Shown piece by piece: positions 26,757-37,260 of a stretch of DNA of 64,000 nt. The notes beneath the pieces are model-generated. The model was not told where the DNA came from. It worked only from the letters and a program-made list of their open reading frames with translations, and ran no database searches. The stretch is taken from assembly GCA_005223125.1 (NCBI GenBank), contig NJBH01000006.1, forward strand, positions 97,507 through 161,506, in the 5' to 3' direction. This stretch comes from Promethearchaeota archaeon Loki_b32 (GTDB taxonomy: Archaea; Asgardarchaeota; Lokiarchaeia; Sigyniarchaeales; SOKP01). The translations under genes were made by a program, and so were the position numbers. Position 1 is the first letter of the stretch. Every line of letters begins with the position of its first letter.

Positions 26757-28049
26757 TTAGTAGAAATCTGCTTTAATTTTTTGAAGTTTACTTACTTTGT
26801 AAAAATTTCCTATCATACTACTACCAAGGATCGCAATTATAATTCCAATAATAACCCAAAAGTAAATTATGTAAGCTAAATTGCTGGTATCAAATGGAAT
26901 AATAGAGATAGTTCCTCCTGAAAAGAGAGAAATTGGAAAGATTTGAGGTGCACTCAAAAGCACTAAGAAAACAGGTACATATGCTATTGAGTAAAGAGCT
27001 TCAATTACTAGCATTACTTGTTGACCAGTATTATTTCTAACTCCAATAATTAATCTAATTAAGTTCATTAATCCACTAATAACCATTAGCAGTCCAAAGA
27101 CCTTTAACCACTCCAAGAATTCAGGCTCAAATAATCCCTGAATGTTTGCAAAAGGTTGTATTATAATAAACAATCCGAAAACTAATCCTGCAATAGCTCC
27201 AAAAATCAATTCTCCAAGTGAAACGGGATGTTTTTTCCCCAATTCCTTTTTCATTCTAGTAGCTTCCTTTCTTTCTTCTTTACGCTGTTTTAATCTTTCT
27301 AATCTATCTTCTCTTCGCATTTTTGCTTCTAAAAGCTTTTGTTCTCTTCTTAATTCTGCAGCTGCTAATTTCTCTTGCCGTAGATCCTTAATTTCAGCAA
27401 ATTTTTCTTCTATTCGTGATCGTGCTTTAGTGATGGTTGCTTTTGCTCTTTGCCTTGCTTCTTCTAATTTAATTTTAGTATATTCTTTTGTTTCCTGTAA
27501 TCCTTTTTCCGATATATGGAATGGAAAAATCAACGCCAATCGTGAAGGAATAACTCCAAAATCTTCAGGTAAAAATCCCTCCATAGAAAAATAGACAAAT
27601 AGTACAGTAATCACTATAGCAGTTATCAAGCAACCTATCCACATACCAGTAAACATACCTCCTAAAGTTTTTAGCCAGGTCAATGGTTGGAAGATGAATT
27701 GAAAAATTGAGACAAGAATATTTATACCTATAACAATTAGAAAGAAAAACAGCATGGTTCCTATATAAAAATCAAGAAGTTCTTCTGTTATGTATAATCT
27801 TGGTGTGCCTCGACGTTTGTATTCTTTAGCAATGCCCTCAGGTGAACCAATTTGAATTAAAGCTTGCTGTATATCCATATCGGTTGGTTCTTGCCCATTT
27901 GCGATATTTTTTGCTTCATTCAATATCTCCTTTTCTAAATCTTCTAAAATTTTTTTAACTTCCACTTTTTTTAGTTTTAGCCATTCAGGAAGTTTTTTTC
28001 GAACTTGAATAAGATAATTATTTATCATTTCGTACTCAGAATAACTCAT
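26757..28049 (-). CDS. HAAS-type signalling-domain membrane protein with coiled-coil insert
   Basis: N-terminus YLIQVRKKLP...GSPEGIAKEY, several TM segments. Paralog of 31498-32547. Confidence 0.65.
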   Translation of the reverse strand: MSYSEYEMINNYLIQVRKKLPEWLKLKKVEVKKILEDLEKEILNEAKNIANGQEPTDMDIQQALIQIGSPEGIAKEYKRRGTPRLYITEELLDFYIGTMLFFFLIVIGINILVSIFQFIFQPLTWLKTLGGMFTGMWIGCLITAIVITVLFVYFSMEGFLPEDFGVIPSRLALIFPFHISEKGLQETKEYTKIKLEEARQRAKATITKARSRIEEKFAEIKDLRQEKLAAAELRREQKLLEAKMRREDRLERLKQRKEERKEATRMKKELGKKHPVSLGELIFGAIAGLVFGLFIIIQPFANIQGLFEPEFLEWLKVFGLLMVISGLMNLIRLIIGVRNNTGQQVMLVIEALYSIAYVPVFLVLLSAPQIFPISLFSGGTISIIPFDTSNLAYIIYFWVIIGIIIAILGSSMIGNFYKVSKLQKIKADFY

Positions 28050-28257
28050 TTTTCAACATTCAATTTGTTTTTTATGATTTATGTTTATAATTAGAGCTAA
28101 TGCTAGTTATTTATTAAAATTAAGGGAGTCCATTTTTCAAGATCTTTAACATAATTACTTATTCTTATAAAAGGTGGAGCATTCAAAATTTAACTTTTAC
28201 TTTAAAATTCTAAAAATTCAAAATAAAAGAAAAGAAATGTAAGATTAATTCTAATTT

Positions 28258-29037
28258 TTACCACTTAAAATCAGGATTGAAAAAGAGAAGCGAATTTAAT
28301 TTTTGTAATGTAATAAATACTATTACGTAATACCATGCTAGAGAGGAAAACATCATTATCCATTCAAGAAGCTGTCTTGTTAATGGTGCTGGACTTATTA
28401 GAAATAATAACCCTGCTGTTGACGGTCCGAAAATCATAAAATACCCAACAGTTTTAGGAAAAATTCTTTTCCTTAATACTATAGCTAAACCTGTGAAAAA
28501 AGCACCAACAGCAAATCCACCAAATGCTGATGAAGAGACATAGATATGTAAGACAAATGGAGAACGATCTAAACTAAATACTCCAACAAAAAACATACCT
28601 ATAACCCCTACTAAAAGACTAGCTACACCAATATATCCAAAAATTCTTCTAAATAGGACAGTGTAATATTCTTTCTTAGAGTTATCTAATTTATGATTTT
28701 GATGTGTACTATATAATCGACTTAAATTTAAAATTAAAGGTATAACGAAAATAGAACTTAAAATGCATGTGAGATCTAATATAAAGGGAGCAGGAGTAAA
28801 TCTTGTCGAACCCAAATCACTTATCCAATTGTCCCAAATACTATACTCAAAGCCTCCAAATCTTATCGCAATTATTAATCCAAAAATTAACCCCGGTAAA
28901 AATGTAAGTAAACTAATGTAAATTGAAATTTTGACAATTTTAGGCTCTGTGAGCTTATCATAAATGTATTTACTGTTTCTTCTCATTTTAATGAAAATTG
29001 GATCTATAAAATCTCTATACGAACTTTTCTGGCCCAT
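28258..29037 (-). CDS. DUF998-like multi-pass membrane protein
   Basis: YSIWDNWISDLG motif, GVFS...H, LLEW, ~6 TM segments. Confidence 0.65.
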   Translation of the reverse strand: MGQKSSYRDFIDPIFIKMRRNSKYIYDKLTEPKIVKISIYISLLTFLPGLIFGLIIAIRFGGFEYSIWDNWISDLGSTRFTPAPFILDLTCILSSIFVIPLILNLSRLYSTHQNHKLDNSKKEYYTVLFRRIFGYIGVASLLVGVIGMFFVGVFSLDRSPFVLHIYVSSSAFGGFAVGAFFTGLAIVLRKRIFPKTVGYFMIFGPSTAGLLFLISPAPLTRQLLEWIMMFSSLAWYYVIVFITLQKLNSLLFFNPDFKW

Positions 29038-29288
29038 ATTATTTTACCCTTATTATTATCTTATTAACATTCCGTAAATATAAAATTTATTCTACCCGGA
29101 AACTAAATTCAAATTATACTTAACCCGTCTCCTTAAATATAAAATTAAATTACCGTTATTTAATTGTTTTGAAATCGTTAATTCTTCTATAGTTTAGTAA
29201 ACAAAAATTGCATTTATAGTATTATATTAATAATATTAATTTATAAACCAAAATCAAATTTTTTATAATAAATTATAATAGAGAGTTC

Positions 29289-30806
29289 TTAAGACTTAAT
29301 TATCACTTTATTATGTTTTGTATCAGAGTCATATCTAACCAGAAAGATTTTACCTACAAGTTCTTGCTTCTCTAGGCCTAAAAGTGTTTCTGAATTTGCT
29401 GTGATAAAAGCAAAAGTACGTTCTCCGCTTTCTAAGAACCCCCATACAACACCCCATTCTGGTAAGCCTTTTCGATCATAAATAATTGTATAGGCATCTA
29501 TTGTAAGATACCCATTCGCTTTTTCTATTGGTTCTGGTAAAATTTTTGCTTCAATTATTTTTTGAGCATCACTGCTTTTTTGTTCTGTCCAAGACTTAGC
29601 AGGAGGTTCATTTCCATATATCCCAACTGATTCTGATGTATTATATCCTCCATTAGCTAATATCATTATTTTCATCTTTGGGTCTTTTTGGATGAGATTT
29701 ACTGCTGAAACAATCGGATGTAGGGAATAACTACTGAAAGGCCCACCAAAAAATGAAAGGCCCCCAGTTATAGTCAAATCGCGTGGATCATCTTCAGGAA
29801 TACCAATTTCTTGCCTAGCAATCTCAACCATACAAGGAAAACAGCTATACAGATCAAAAGCATCAATATTATCGAGTGTTAGACCTGCTTGTTTCAAAGC
29901 TAGTCGTGATGCTTCTCTTATTGCTGGAGAATCATATAGCTGAGAACGTTGAGTCATATAAAAAATATTGTTTAGATCAACACCCCCCATTGGATAAATC
30001 CAGTATTTTCTATCAATACCAAGATCTTGTGCTATTTTTTCATTTGTCATTATAATTGCTGCTGCTTGATCTACATAAAGATTGGCAACCATACGTTTTG
30101 TGTATGGGTGACACACGATGCGATTATCAGAACTAGGAGTAATTATTTCTTCAGCGTTAAACCGGTTTTGAACCCAAGCATAAGGATTTTCAGAAGCGAC
30201 TTCAGAAAAACGTTCATATCGCTTACCTATATGTTCTAAGTGCTCTTTCAAACTTCTACCAGATGCTGCTCTTAAAGCTGTTTCAATTAAAGCGTAGATA
30301 TAAGTAGGATTATTTAGCTTATAGCTATTTTCAAACTTACTCAAGTAAAAAATGATTGCTTTACGAGCTTTGTTTGCCGCTCCTGGAGGCGGTTTTGGCC
30401 AATCTAAAGTAACTTTACCTTTATTAGCACGGTATCTAGAATAAGATGCCTCTCCTCCAGCTATAAGTATTGTTTTGCTTTCACCTAAGGATATCGCTTT
30501 AGCTGCTTTATTGACTAATAATTGAGGTGTGTTACCACTAATAGGAGCAATATATTTGTGAGCTGGTTCGATTCCAAGAATTTTACTCAGTTTCCCGGAA
30601 GGATCCTCATATATCCAACTAGAAATAGTTGACATATAGATTGTATCAATAATGTCTCGTAAACTATCTCCTCCTGATGCGTTAAGGACATTTTTACATG
30701 CTTCAGCAACTAGTCTAAGCGGATCAAGAGGTTGATCCACATCTTTTCGTTGTGTAATTTGAGCTGCTCCTACAAGAACCGGAGTATTCATAACCATTTT
30801 AACCAT
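29289..30806 (-). CDS. Thiolase-like protein (acetyl-CoA acetyltransferase-like, SLP/TLP type)
   Basis: PVLVGAAQ, GNTPQ, GGEA, NPYAW, VDQAAA, DLYSCFP, TGGL.FFGGP. Confidence 0.85.
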   Translation of the reverse strand: MVKMVMNTPVLVGAAQITQRKDVDQPLDPLRLVAEACKNVLNASGGDSLRDIIDTIYMSTISSWIYEDPSGKLSKILGIEPAHKYIAPISGNTPQLLVNKAAKAISLGESKTILIAGGEASYSRYRANKGKVTLDWPKPPPGAANKARKAIIFYLSKFENSYKLNNPTYIYALIETALRAASGRSLKEHLEHIGKRYERFSEVASENPYAWVQNRFNAEEIITPSSDNRIVCHPYTKRMVANLYVDQAAAIIMTNEKIAQDLGIDRKYWIYPMGGVDLNNIFYMTQRSQLYDSPAIREASRLALKQAGLTLDNIDAFDLYSCFPCMVEIARQEIGIPEDDPRDLTITGGLSFFGGPFSSYSLHPIVSAVNLIQKDPKMKIMILANGGYNTSESVGIYGNEPPAKSWTEQKSSDAQKIIEAKILPEPIEKANGYLTIDAYTIIYDRKGLPEWGVVWGFLESGERTFAFITANSETLLGLEKQELVGKIFLVRYDSDTKHNKVIIKS

Positions 30807-30881
30807 CTTAAATATTACTTATCTTAAAATGCTATTGGAAACTTATGAATATAATACTGGAGATCACAATGCAAAGATTTA

Positions 30882-30904
30882 AATACTATATATTATATAG
30901 TATT
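30882..30904. promoter_or_regulatory. Palindromic PadR-type operator
   Basis: AATACTATATA-T-TATATAGTATT, perfect 11-bp arms (TACT-N11-AGTA), 42 bp upstream of the padR-family gene. Confidence 0.65.
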
Positions 30905-30946
30905 CATAGAATATTATTTATAATATAAAACTACAAAAATGAGACA

Positions 30947-31501
30947 ATGGAGTTGAAAAATATGATAAAACGTGTAAAAGAATTAGATTCAAAAGCTTTA
31001 ATAGCATCCAAAGAGTTCAGAGATTATGTAGAAAAGCAAGAAACTGAAATTAATAGAGGTATAAGTATACTTTGTATATTATCTATAGTTTCTCAAGCTG
31101 GTGAAGAAGGTTCGCATGGTTATAAAATCTTAAAAGACTTAACAGAACAAACAAACGATATGTTAGTTATTGAAGAAGGTACACTTTATCCCATATTGAG
31201 AAAATTAGAGAATGAAAATATAATAAAAGCCAAAAAAGAAGAATCGGGAAGGAGAAGAAAGTTTTACAGTATTACAGGTTATGGAAAAAAGATTTTTAAT
31301 CACCTTGCAGGATTTTACAGTAAATTAACAGAAGCTATAGCACCGTTGTTTGATGTTAAAGTTAATTTAAAATCAGAAAAATATTTGTTTTGTCCCATGT
31401 GTGCTAATAAAATCGAGCTTTCAAATTTAGAACTTCGTTTTTGTGATGTATGTGGACATAATATTGAAAAAGAATTAAAAGAGAGAGGTTTAAAAAAATG
31501 A
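30947..31501 (+). CDS. PadR family regulator with C-terminal zinc ribbon
   Basis: HGYKI, EGTLYPILRKLE, RRKFYSITGYG, CPMC...CDVCG. Confidence 0.9.
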   Translation: MELKNMIKRVKELDSKALIASKEFRDYVEKQETEINRGISILCILSIVSQAGEEGSHGYKILKDLTEQTNDMLVIEEGTLYPILRKLENENIIKAKKEESGRRRKFYSITGYGKKIFNHLAGFYSKLTEAIAPLFDVKVNLKSEKYLFCPMCANKIELSNLELRFCDVCGHNIEKELKERGLKK

Positions 31502-32547
31502 GTGAAAAAGAAATGCAGAATATTATAAAAGAGTACTTGAAAAAAGTAAAGTCAAAATTACCTGAATGGTTGAAAGACAAAAAAGAACATGAGGAAATCT
31601 TGGCAGAACTTGAAGAACATATTTGGAATAAAGCAGAAGAATTATCCAATATGGGTCAACCCACAATGGAATCAGTAAAATCTGCCATTACTCATATGGG
31701 AACACCAGAGAGTATTGCTAAAGAATATAAACGTCGAGGTACACCAAAGTATTATATTACAGAGGAACTATGGCAAGGTTATTTAAAAGTGTTAGGAATT
31801 GTGTTTGCTGTTATATTCGGAATTACATTAATTTCACAAGTTATAGATTTCGTTTTTGGGAATGTCAGCATAGGTGAATTAGTCGGTAATATATTTCAAG
31901 GAATACAGATAGGTTTTCTTTCTTCCTTTGTGATTATTTCTATAATCTTTGTAGCCCTATCAATGGAAGGTTATTTTCCTGAAGATTTTAAATCTAAAGG
32001 TCTACTTGAGAAGGAAAGAAAACAACTTGAAATTGCGAGAGAAAAAGGAATTTCGATTTCAGAAATTAAGAAGAAACCTGTAAAACCTTTTATTAAACCT
32101 GTAGGTGAAATTATCGGTGGTGCCATCGCAATTGTGATTGGGATTTTCTTTTTAGCACAACCAATTCCCGCTATTACAAGTTTAATTGATCCCGAATTTC
32201 TATTATACCTTCAATTTGCGGGTTTGTTTATTTTAACTGAAGGAATCTTAGACATAAGTCGAGGATTAATAGGAAATAGACAGATGATAACTCAACAGGT
32301 TATTCATGGTATTACGATAGTAGTAAAATTAGCCTCAATTTCAGTTGTTATTTTGATTATGAATCGACCAGATATATTTCCAATATTAGTTGTTGATGAT
32401 CCTACAGATGCTCTTATAAATATTGGGCTTGCACCAGAATATTATGCGCTTTTTAGAGGAATAGCAGGCTTATTAATAGCTTTAGTAGCACTGAGTACGA
32501 TTGAAGACTTCTACAAAATCTATAAGGCTGAAAAATATAAAAATTAG
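31498..32547 (+). CDS. HAAS-type signalling-domain membrane protein (PadR partner)
   Basis: YLKKVKSKLP..EILAELEEHI..MGTPESIAKEY, ~6 TM segments. ATGA overlap with padR. Confidence 0.7.
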   Translation: MSEKEMQNIIKEYLKKVKSKLPEWLKDKKEHEEILAELEEHIWNKAEELSNMGQPTMESVKSAITHMGTPESIAKEYKRRGTPKYYITEELWQGYLKVLGIVFAVIFGITLISQVIDFVFGNVSIGELVGNIFQGIQIGFLSSFVIISIIFVALSMEGYFPEDFKSKGLLEKERKQLEIAREKGISISEIKKKPVKPFIKPVGEIIGGAIAIVIGIFFLAQPIPAITSLIDPEFLLYLQFAGLFILTEGILDISRGLIGNRQMITQQVIHGITIVVKLASISVVILIMNRPDIFPILVVDDPTDALINIGLAPEYYALFRGIAGLLIALVALSTIEDFYKIYKAEKYKN

Positions 32548-32607
32548 TATTAAACAATATTTTTTTTTAATTTTTAAAAAAAAGTGATGTAAATATTTTA
32601 AAATTCA

Positions 32608-34860
32608 TTAATAAGAAACGTGTGTGGCACTCATATTAACTAAACGTGGCAAAATTATGCACGATTGGGATCCTGGGGCTAAACCCGTAAGTAAGGTATT
32701 ATTAGCAATATTGTATTTCAAATAGTTATTTGCTAATGGAGCTCCTGTATTTGGGTTTGCAGCATATCGTGGGTAATTAGAGCTTGATATTGCTACTCTA
32801 ATTTTATGCCCCGGCGCAAAAACGTAGGCACTTGTCCAACAATCAACGAATAATTCATAAACATCTTTTTGACTGCCTGACATAAAATCTTCAGTAGTAT
32901 AACCATTCCTAGACCTTACGGTTAGTGATCCATCAGTTATTAGCATTGAACGCCCATCTGGATAAACATCAGTTAACTTTACTGTGAAATCTGTATCTGT
33001 ACAGTTTGAAGTAACGAATAAATTCCCCCAAATTCTTCCTACAACTTCTACTGCTTCTATTAATTCGGATGTTTCAAATATCAATACATCTGATCTATCC
33101 TCTACTGTTCTCTGATCCATTGGACCATAGAGATCAAATGGTTGATTTTGGCCTCCTAAGTTTGGTACTGGATCTCTTGGATCAAATAAGTATGTGAAAT
33201 TTTTGTTAATTGAGGGGAGTGTACTATTTATTAAACCTCCTGTTGATGTAAAATACCATTTATCCTCTACATACTCAAGAGGATAATCATATGCATATCG
33301 CCAGTAATTCCATTCATCTGAAAGGGTATCAACGTCTCCCATTAAATAGTAGGCAACTCTCGCTCCATCCCAATTTATTGATTTACCTAGGAGGGCAGCA
33401 TCGAAAACTTCTTGTTCCCAATTTAGAGTTAGATCAAAACCATTTGAGTTTTTTGGATATTTTAATTCACCTTGTTTTATTGACATATGGTTCACGTGAG
33501 TCCATGGGCCCATAATTAATTTTTGATGGCCTTTCGCCGTTTCGGTACCTAAATCATCGTAACCAATATACCCCTCAATAGTTCCTTGAAGGAAATGATC
33601 ATACCAACCTCCTACATGAATTCCATATACTGAGATATTAGAATAATGAGGTCCTATTTCTATTGATAAAGAAGTCGAGTTATACAAAGTGTCGTTTTTA
33701 GGAAGATAGTTAAACAATGTGTTTATCTGGTATTCGTAATTTTCAGGAGCCGTACTTTCAATCCAGGTTTCTACTGAAGATTTATGAAAAGATCCTTGAT
33801 ATATCGCATGATCAAACATTTCTGGGGTGCCATACCATAGTTGTTGGGCAACTAATCCATCAGGAGCCATTCCGGCATAATAATACTGATTCAAACAGAG
33901 AGCTGATGGTCCTGCACTTGCTATTTTACCATTACACCAACTTCGATCTAATATCCAATTAATTGTATCAACACCATCTAGATATGACTTAGTAAATAGC
34001 AGAAAATTAGTACCCCCTTCTGAATCATATGTTCCTCTTAAATCCTGTATTACAACATGGTAATCTTGAGTTGAATAAAGCTGTAAAGCAAGATCATCCG
34101 CCCAACCTGATTTACCATAGGGAGTTCTTATAAGGACAACAGGTCTTGGGGCACCAAATGAGCCAGGAGCAAGATAAACATCAGTAGCTAATTTTACTCC
34201 GTCTCTCATTTCAATCATATAAGTTTTTTTCTCTGGTGGGGCATAAACAGCTGAAAGGGATAAAATTGTAGAAGGGAATGCGATTAATAGGAACATTAAC
34301 GCAATCTTAGCAGCTTTCGGGAATTTATTAACACGTCGTTTGTCATATTTTTCTATTAGTTTAGAAAGCGAGAGAGAAGATGTTTTGAATCCATAATGTA
34401 AAAAAGTTAAAATACTTATTCCTACTGCTGCAATTGAATAAAGATCTACTTCAATAAACAGAAACCAGATAATTCCTATTAATGGAGCAAATATATTAAT
34501 AATTCTTCCAAATATATTTACTGGTTTTAATCTAAGATTATCTCCGATTTGCCTTATAAAGTTGCTACTCACTAAAAGCGAATAAAAACATATATAAATT
34601 GTTATGGGGTAGAATATCATTCCAGACAATACTATTGAAACTTGTTTAATACTAAAGTAAATTTTCTCATTTTTTGTGAAGAGTTTTGTTCGTTCTGTTT
34701 GTTCTTCATGACTATTTTTATAATAGTTGAAATAATAACTTACAACATAGATTCCCCGAAAAATTACTAATAATAGCAAGTTAGTGATGAATATTTGTTC
34801 GAGATTTAGATACCCTAAAGTATAAAGTTGATAGAATATCATTATAATCCAATTAATCAT
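32608..34860 (-). CDS. CocE/NonD family hydrolase with N-terminal membrane domain
   Basis: MRDGVKLATDVY, RTPYGK, QDLRG, DGVDTINWI, GPSA nucleophile elbow, GGWYD, GPWTH, SSSNYPR. Confidence 0.88.
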   Translation of the reverse strand: MINWIIMIFYQLYTLGYLNLEQIFITNLLLLVIFRGIYVVSYYFNYYKNSHEEQTERTKLFTKNEKIYFSIKQVSIVLSGMIFYPITIYICFYSLLVSSNFIRQIGDNLRLKPVNIFGRIINIFAPLIGIIWFLFIEVDLYSIAAVGISILTFLHYGFKTSSLSLSKLIEKYDKRRVNKFPKAAKIALMFLLIAFPSTILSLSAVYAPPEKKTYMIEMRDGVKLATDVYLAPGSFGAPRPVVLIRTPYGKSGWADDLALQLYSTQDYHVVIQDLRGTYDSEGGTNFLLFTKSYLDGVDTINWILDRSWCNGKIASAGPSALCLNQYYYAGMAPDGLVAQQLWYGTPEMFDHAIYQGSFHKSSVETWIESTAPENYEYQINTLFNYLPKNDTLYNSTSLSIEIGPHYSNISVYGIHVGGWYDHFLQGTIEGYIGYDDLGTETAKGHQKLIMGPWTHVNHMSIKQGELKYPKNSNGFDLTLNWEQEVFDAALLGKSINWDGARVAYYLMGDVDTLSDEWNYWRYAYDYPLEYVEDKWYFTSTGGLINSTLPSINKNFTYLFDPRDPVPNLGGQNQPFDLYGPMDQRTVEDRSDVLIFETSELIEAVEVVGRIWGNLFVTSNCTDTDFTVKLTDVYPDGRSMLITDGSLTVRSRNGYTTEDFMSGSQKDVYELFVDCWTSAYVFAPGHKIRVAISSSNYPRYAANPNTGAPLANNYLKYNIANNTLLTGLAPGSQSCIILPRLVNMSATHVSY

Positions 34861-34923
34861 AAACTTATATTGAGACTAAGTTATTAATAAAATTATCTGT
34901 AATTTGAAGAGAGTTAATCACAT

Positions 34924-36357
34924 ATGGGAAATATAAGGCAAGTTTCTAAAGATAATAAACGTCGAAGATCTTTAGGTGTTCATTTAACTTCAACTGAAAT
35001 TTTCCATAAATATATATTTCCCGAAATAAAAGAGAAACTCTGGGAATATACATGGATAGATTTATATGCTGGAGAAGGAAATTTAATTTTGCCAATTTTG
35101 AGCCAAATTTTATTAGAAAAAAGAATCCAATTTTTTAGTGATCATATTTTTATATTTGATATTCAACCAGAAATGATACAAAAATGCATTTTCAACGCTG
35201 AAAATTATGATATCCCTCCAGAGGTAGCCAAAAAAAATATTAGGTTAAGGGATAATTTAGAGAGCTTTCCAACATTTTTGAAGGCTGCTCAATTCCCATT
35301 GTTTCATATAACAAATCCGCCATATCTCTATTTAGGATATATAAGAAAGCATAAAGAGACTCAAAAATACTTGGATTTTTTTAGAGGTAAAAATGAAGGC
35401 TATCAAGATTTATACCAAATTGCCATGATTAATGATTTGAGAAATGAAATTGGGAATTTAATTTACATTATTCCGTCAAATTTTTTATATGGTGCATCTG
35501 TTTCAAATAAATTCCGAAGGGATTTTCTCAAATACTACAAAATTACTAAAATAAAAATATTTGAAACAAAAATATTTGAATTCACAGGAACAAACATCTG
35601 TATTGGTTTTTTTAAAAAGAAGGAAGTACCCAAGGTTGAAAATTTAGAATTTAAAGGAGTTAAAATAAAGAAAAATAATAAAATTATTGAGAAAATGTAC
35701 GTTCTTAAGCCAGATAATAAATATCGTGCCGGATTTGAATTTGATGATTTTCTCAAAAAATTTCATGTTCAATATCCTCTAAAAATTAAATATTACTTAA
35801 TGAAAGGCGATATTTTAGAAAATGAAGGGGACAATGAAATTAAAGTAATTGATGCAAATAATTATCAAAACAATGAATATAAAAAGCTAAATCTTAATAT
35901 CAATGATAAATTAAAAGAAAAAGTCGAATCTAATATTTTGTATATTAGAACTGTTGATACAGGTTCTTATAATGGACGGGTTGGATTAGGATTTATTACT
36001 GAAGATTTTAAAGTTAAGGGAATTTATGTTTCAGGAAATACGTATAGAACTCATCCAATTCATATTTTTTTAGAGCCAACAATTACTCAAAAGGATCAAA
36101 AATTATTAAAGAACTACTTTAATTTTATATTAGAATCGTTTAGAGAAAAGCTAGATAGCGAATTTCTAACGACCTATAAATATTCTGATGCGGAATATAC
36201 AAGAAAATATTTGGGTCTTACTCAAGCAAGATCATTAATAGAAACATTCCCTATTATTAACATGAATTCAGAGAGTAAAGCAATCTTAAATTATCTTATA
36301 AATAATAAGAAATTTGATGAACTACTTTTATTTTTAAAGAAAATCAAAAATTTTTAA
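34924..36357 (+). CDS. N6-adenine DNA methyltransferase, orphan
   Basis: RRSLGVHLT, DLYAGEG (motif I) before TNPPY (motif IV), IIPSNF. Confidence 0.8.
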   Translation: MGNIRQVSKDNKRRRSLGVHLTSTEIFHKYIFPEIKEKLWEYTWIDLYAGEGNLILPILSQILLEKRIQFFSDHIFIFDIQPEMIQKCIFNAENYDIPPEVAKKNIRLRDNLESFPTFLKAAQFPLFHITNPPYLYLGYIRKHKETQKYLDFFRGKNEGYQDLYQIAMINDLRNEIGNLIYIIPSNFLYGASVSNKFRRDFLKYYKITKIKIFETKIFEFTGTNICIGFFKKKEVPKVENLEFKGVKIKKNNKIIEKMYVLKPDNKYRAGFEFDDFLKKFHVQYPLKIKYYLMKGDILENEGDNEIKVIDANNYQNNEYKKLNLNINDKLKEKVESNILYIRTVDTGSYNGRVGLGFITEDFKVKGIYVSGNTYRTHPIHIFLEPTITQKDQKLLKNYFNFILESFREKLDSEFLTTYKYSDAEYTRKYLGLTQARSLIETFPIINMNSESKAILNYLINNKKFDELLLFLKKIKNF

Positions 36358-36374
36358 TTTAATTTGATCTTAAA

Positions 36375-37247
36375 TCAAATACTAGCTAAGATGACAGCAA
36401 TTAGTCCTAAAAAGGCACCTATTTTTAAAAATAAACTTATTTTTGAAAAATCTTTTTTATCTAAATTCTTTCTAGGCATCAATATTGCAGCATAAAATAT
36501 TAATAATATACCAAATATCATTGAAATTGAAAAAGCTAATCGATTCAATAATTCAGTGAATGCTGCTAGTATGAAGAATAATATAGATATAAAAGCAAAA
36601 GTCATAGAGAAATAGGGTGTTTTTTTTAATCCTATTTTGATGGCTAATGTATTTACACCTAACTCTTTATCACCTTCAATATCTTCACATCCTTTTATAA
36701 CTTCACGAGATAGCAAAAGAAAGAAGCTATTTAAAAAGAAGAAATAAATGTAGAGGGGAATTAAAGAACTATTTAGAATTGCTCCATATATAAAGCCTAT
36801 GGAAAAAGAAATACTTACGACTATATTGCCAAAAAAGCCGCTTTTCTTACCCCATTTTGCATATACCCATCCCATAAAACCAAAAAATATTGCGATAACT
36901 ACATTTAGAAACGCTAAATTGAAAATTAAACTATGGGCAATTGAAATTATTATCCCTAAGAATAGAGTTCCAGCAAACAAGTATTTTGCTTGAGGTAAAG
37001 TTATTGCTCCTCTAGGGATTGGTCTTTCTGGTCTATTAATCTTATCAATTTCAATATCATAAATATCATTTATTACCATCCCAGAACCAGCTATAAAAAA
37101 ATAAGTTAATGCTCCAAGTATAATATTAATAATAATTTTTTCAAAACTTACCCCTGCTCTTGTATTTAAGATTCCAATAATAACGGTAAAACTTCCCATT
37201 ATATCATTAATTGGTCTAAGAATTTCGAAAGCATCTTTAAATTTCAT
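36375..37247 (-). CDS. Digeranylgeranylglyceryl phosphate synthase (UbiA family)
   Basis: NDIYDIEIDKINRPERPIPRG, REVIKGCEDIEGD. Adjacent to GGGP synthase. Confidence 0.9.
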   Translation of the reverse strand: MKFKDAFEILRPINDIMGSFTVIIGILNTRAGVSFEKIIINIILGALTYFFIAGSGMVINDIYDIEIDKINRPERPIPRGAITLPQAKYLFAGTLFLGIIISIAHSLIFNLAFLNVVIAIFFGFMGWVYAKWGKKSGFFGNIVVSISFSIGFIYGAILNSSLIPLYIYFFFLNSFFLLLSREVIKGCEDIEGDKELGVNTLAIKIGLKKTPYFSMTFAFISILFFILAAFTELLNRLAFSISMIFGILLIFYAAILMPRKNLDKKDFSKISLFLKIGAFLGLIAVILASI

Positions 37248-37260
37248 GATAATTCTAACT

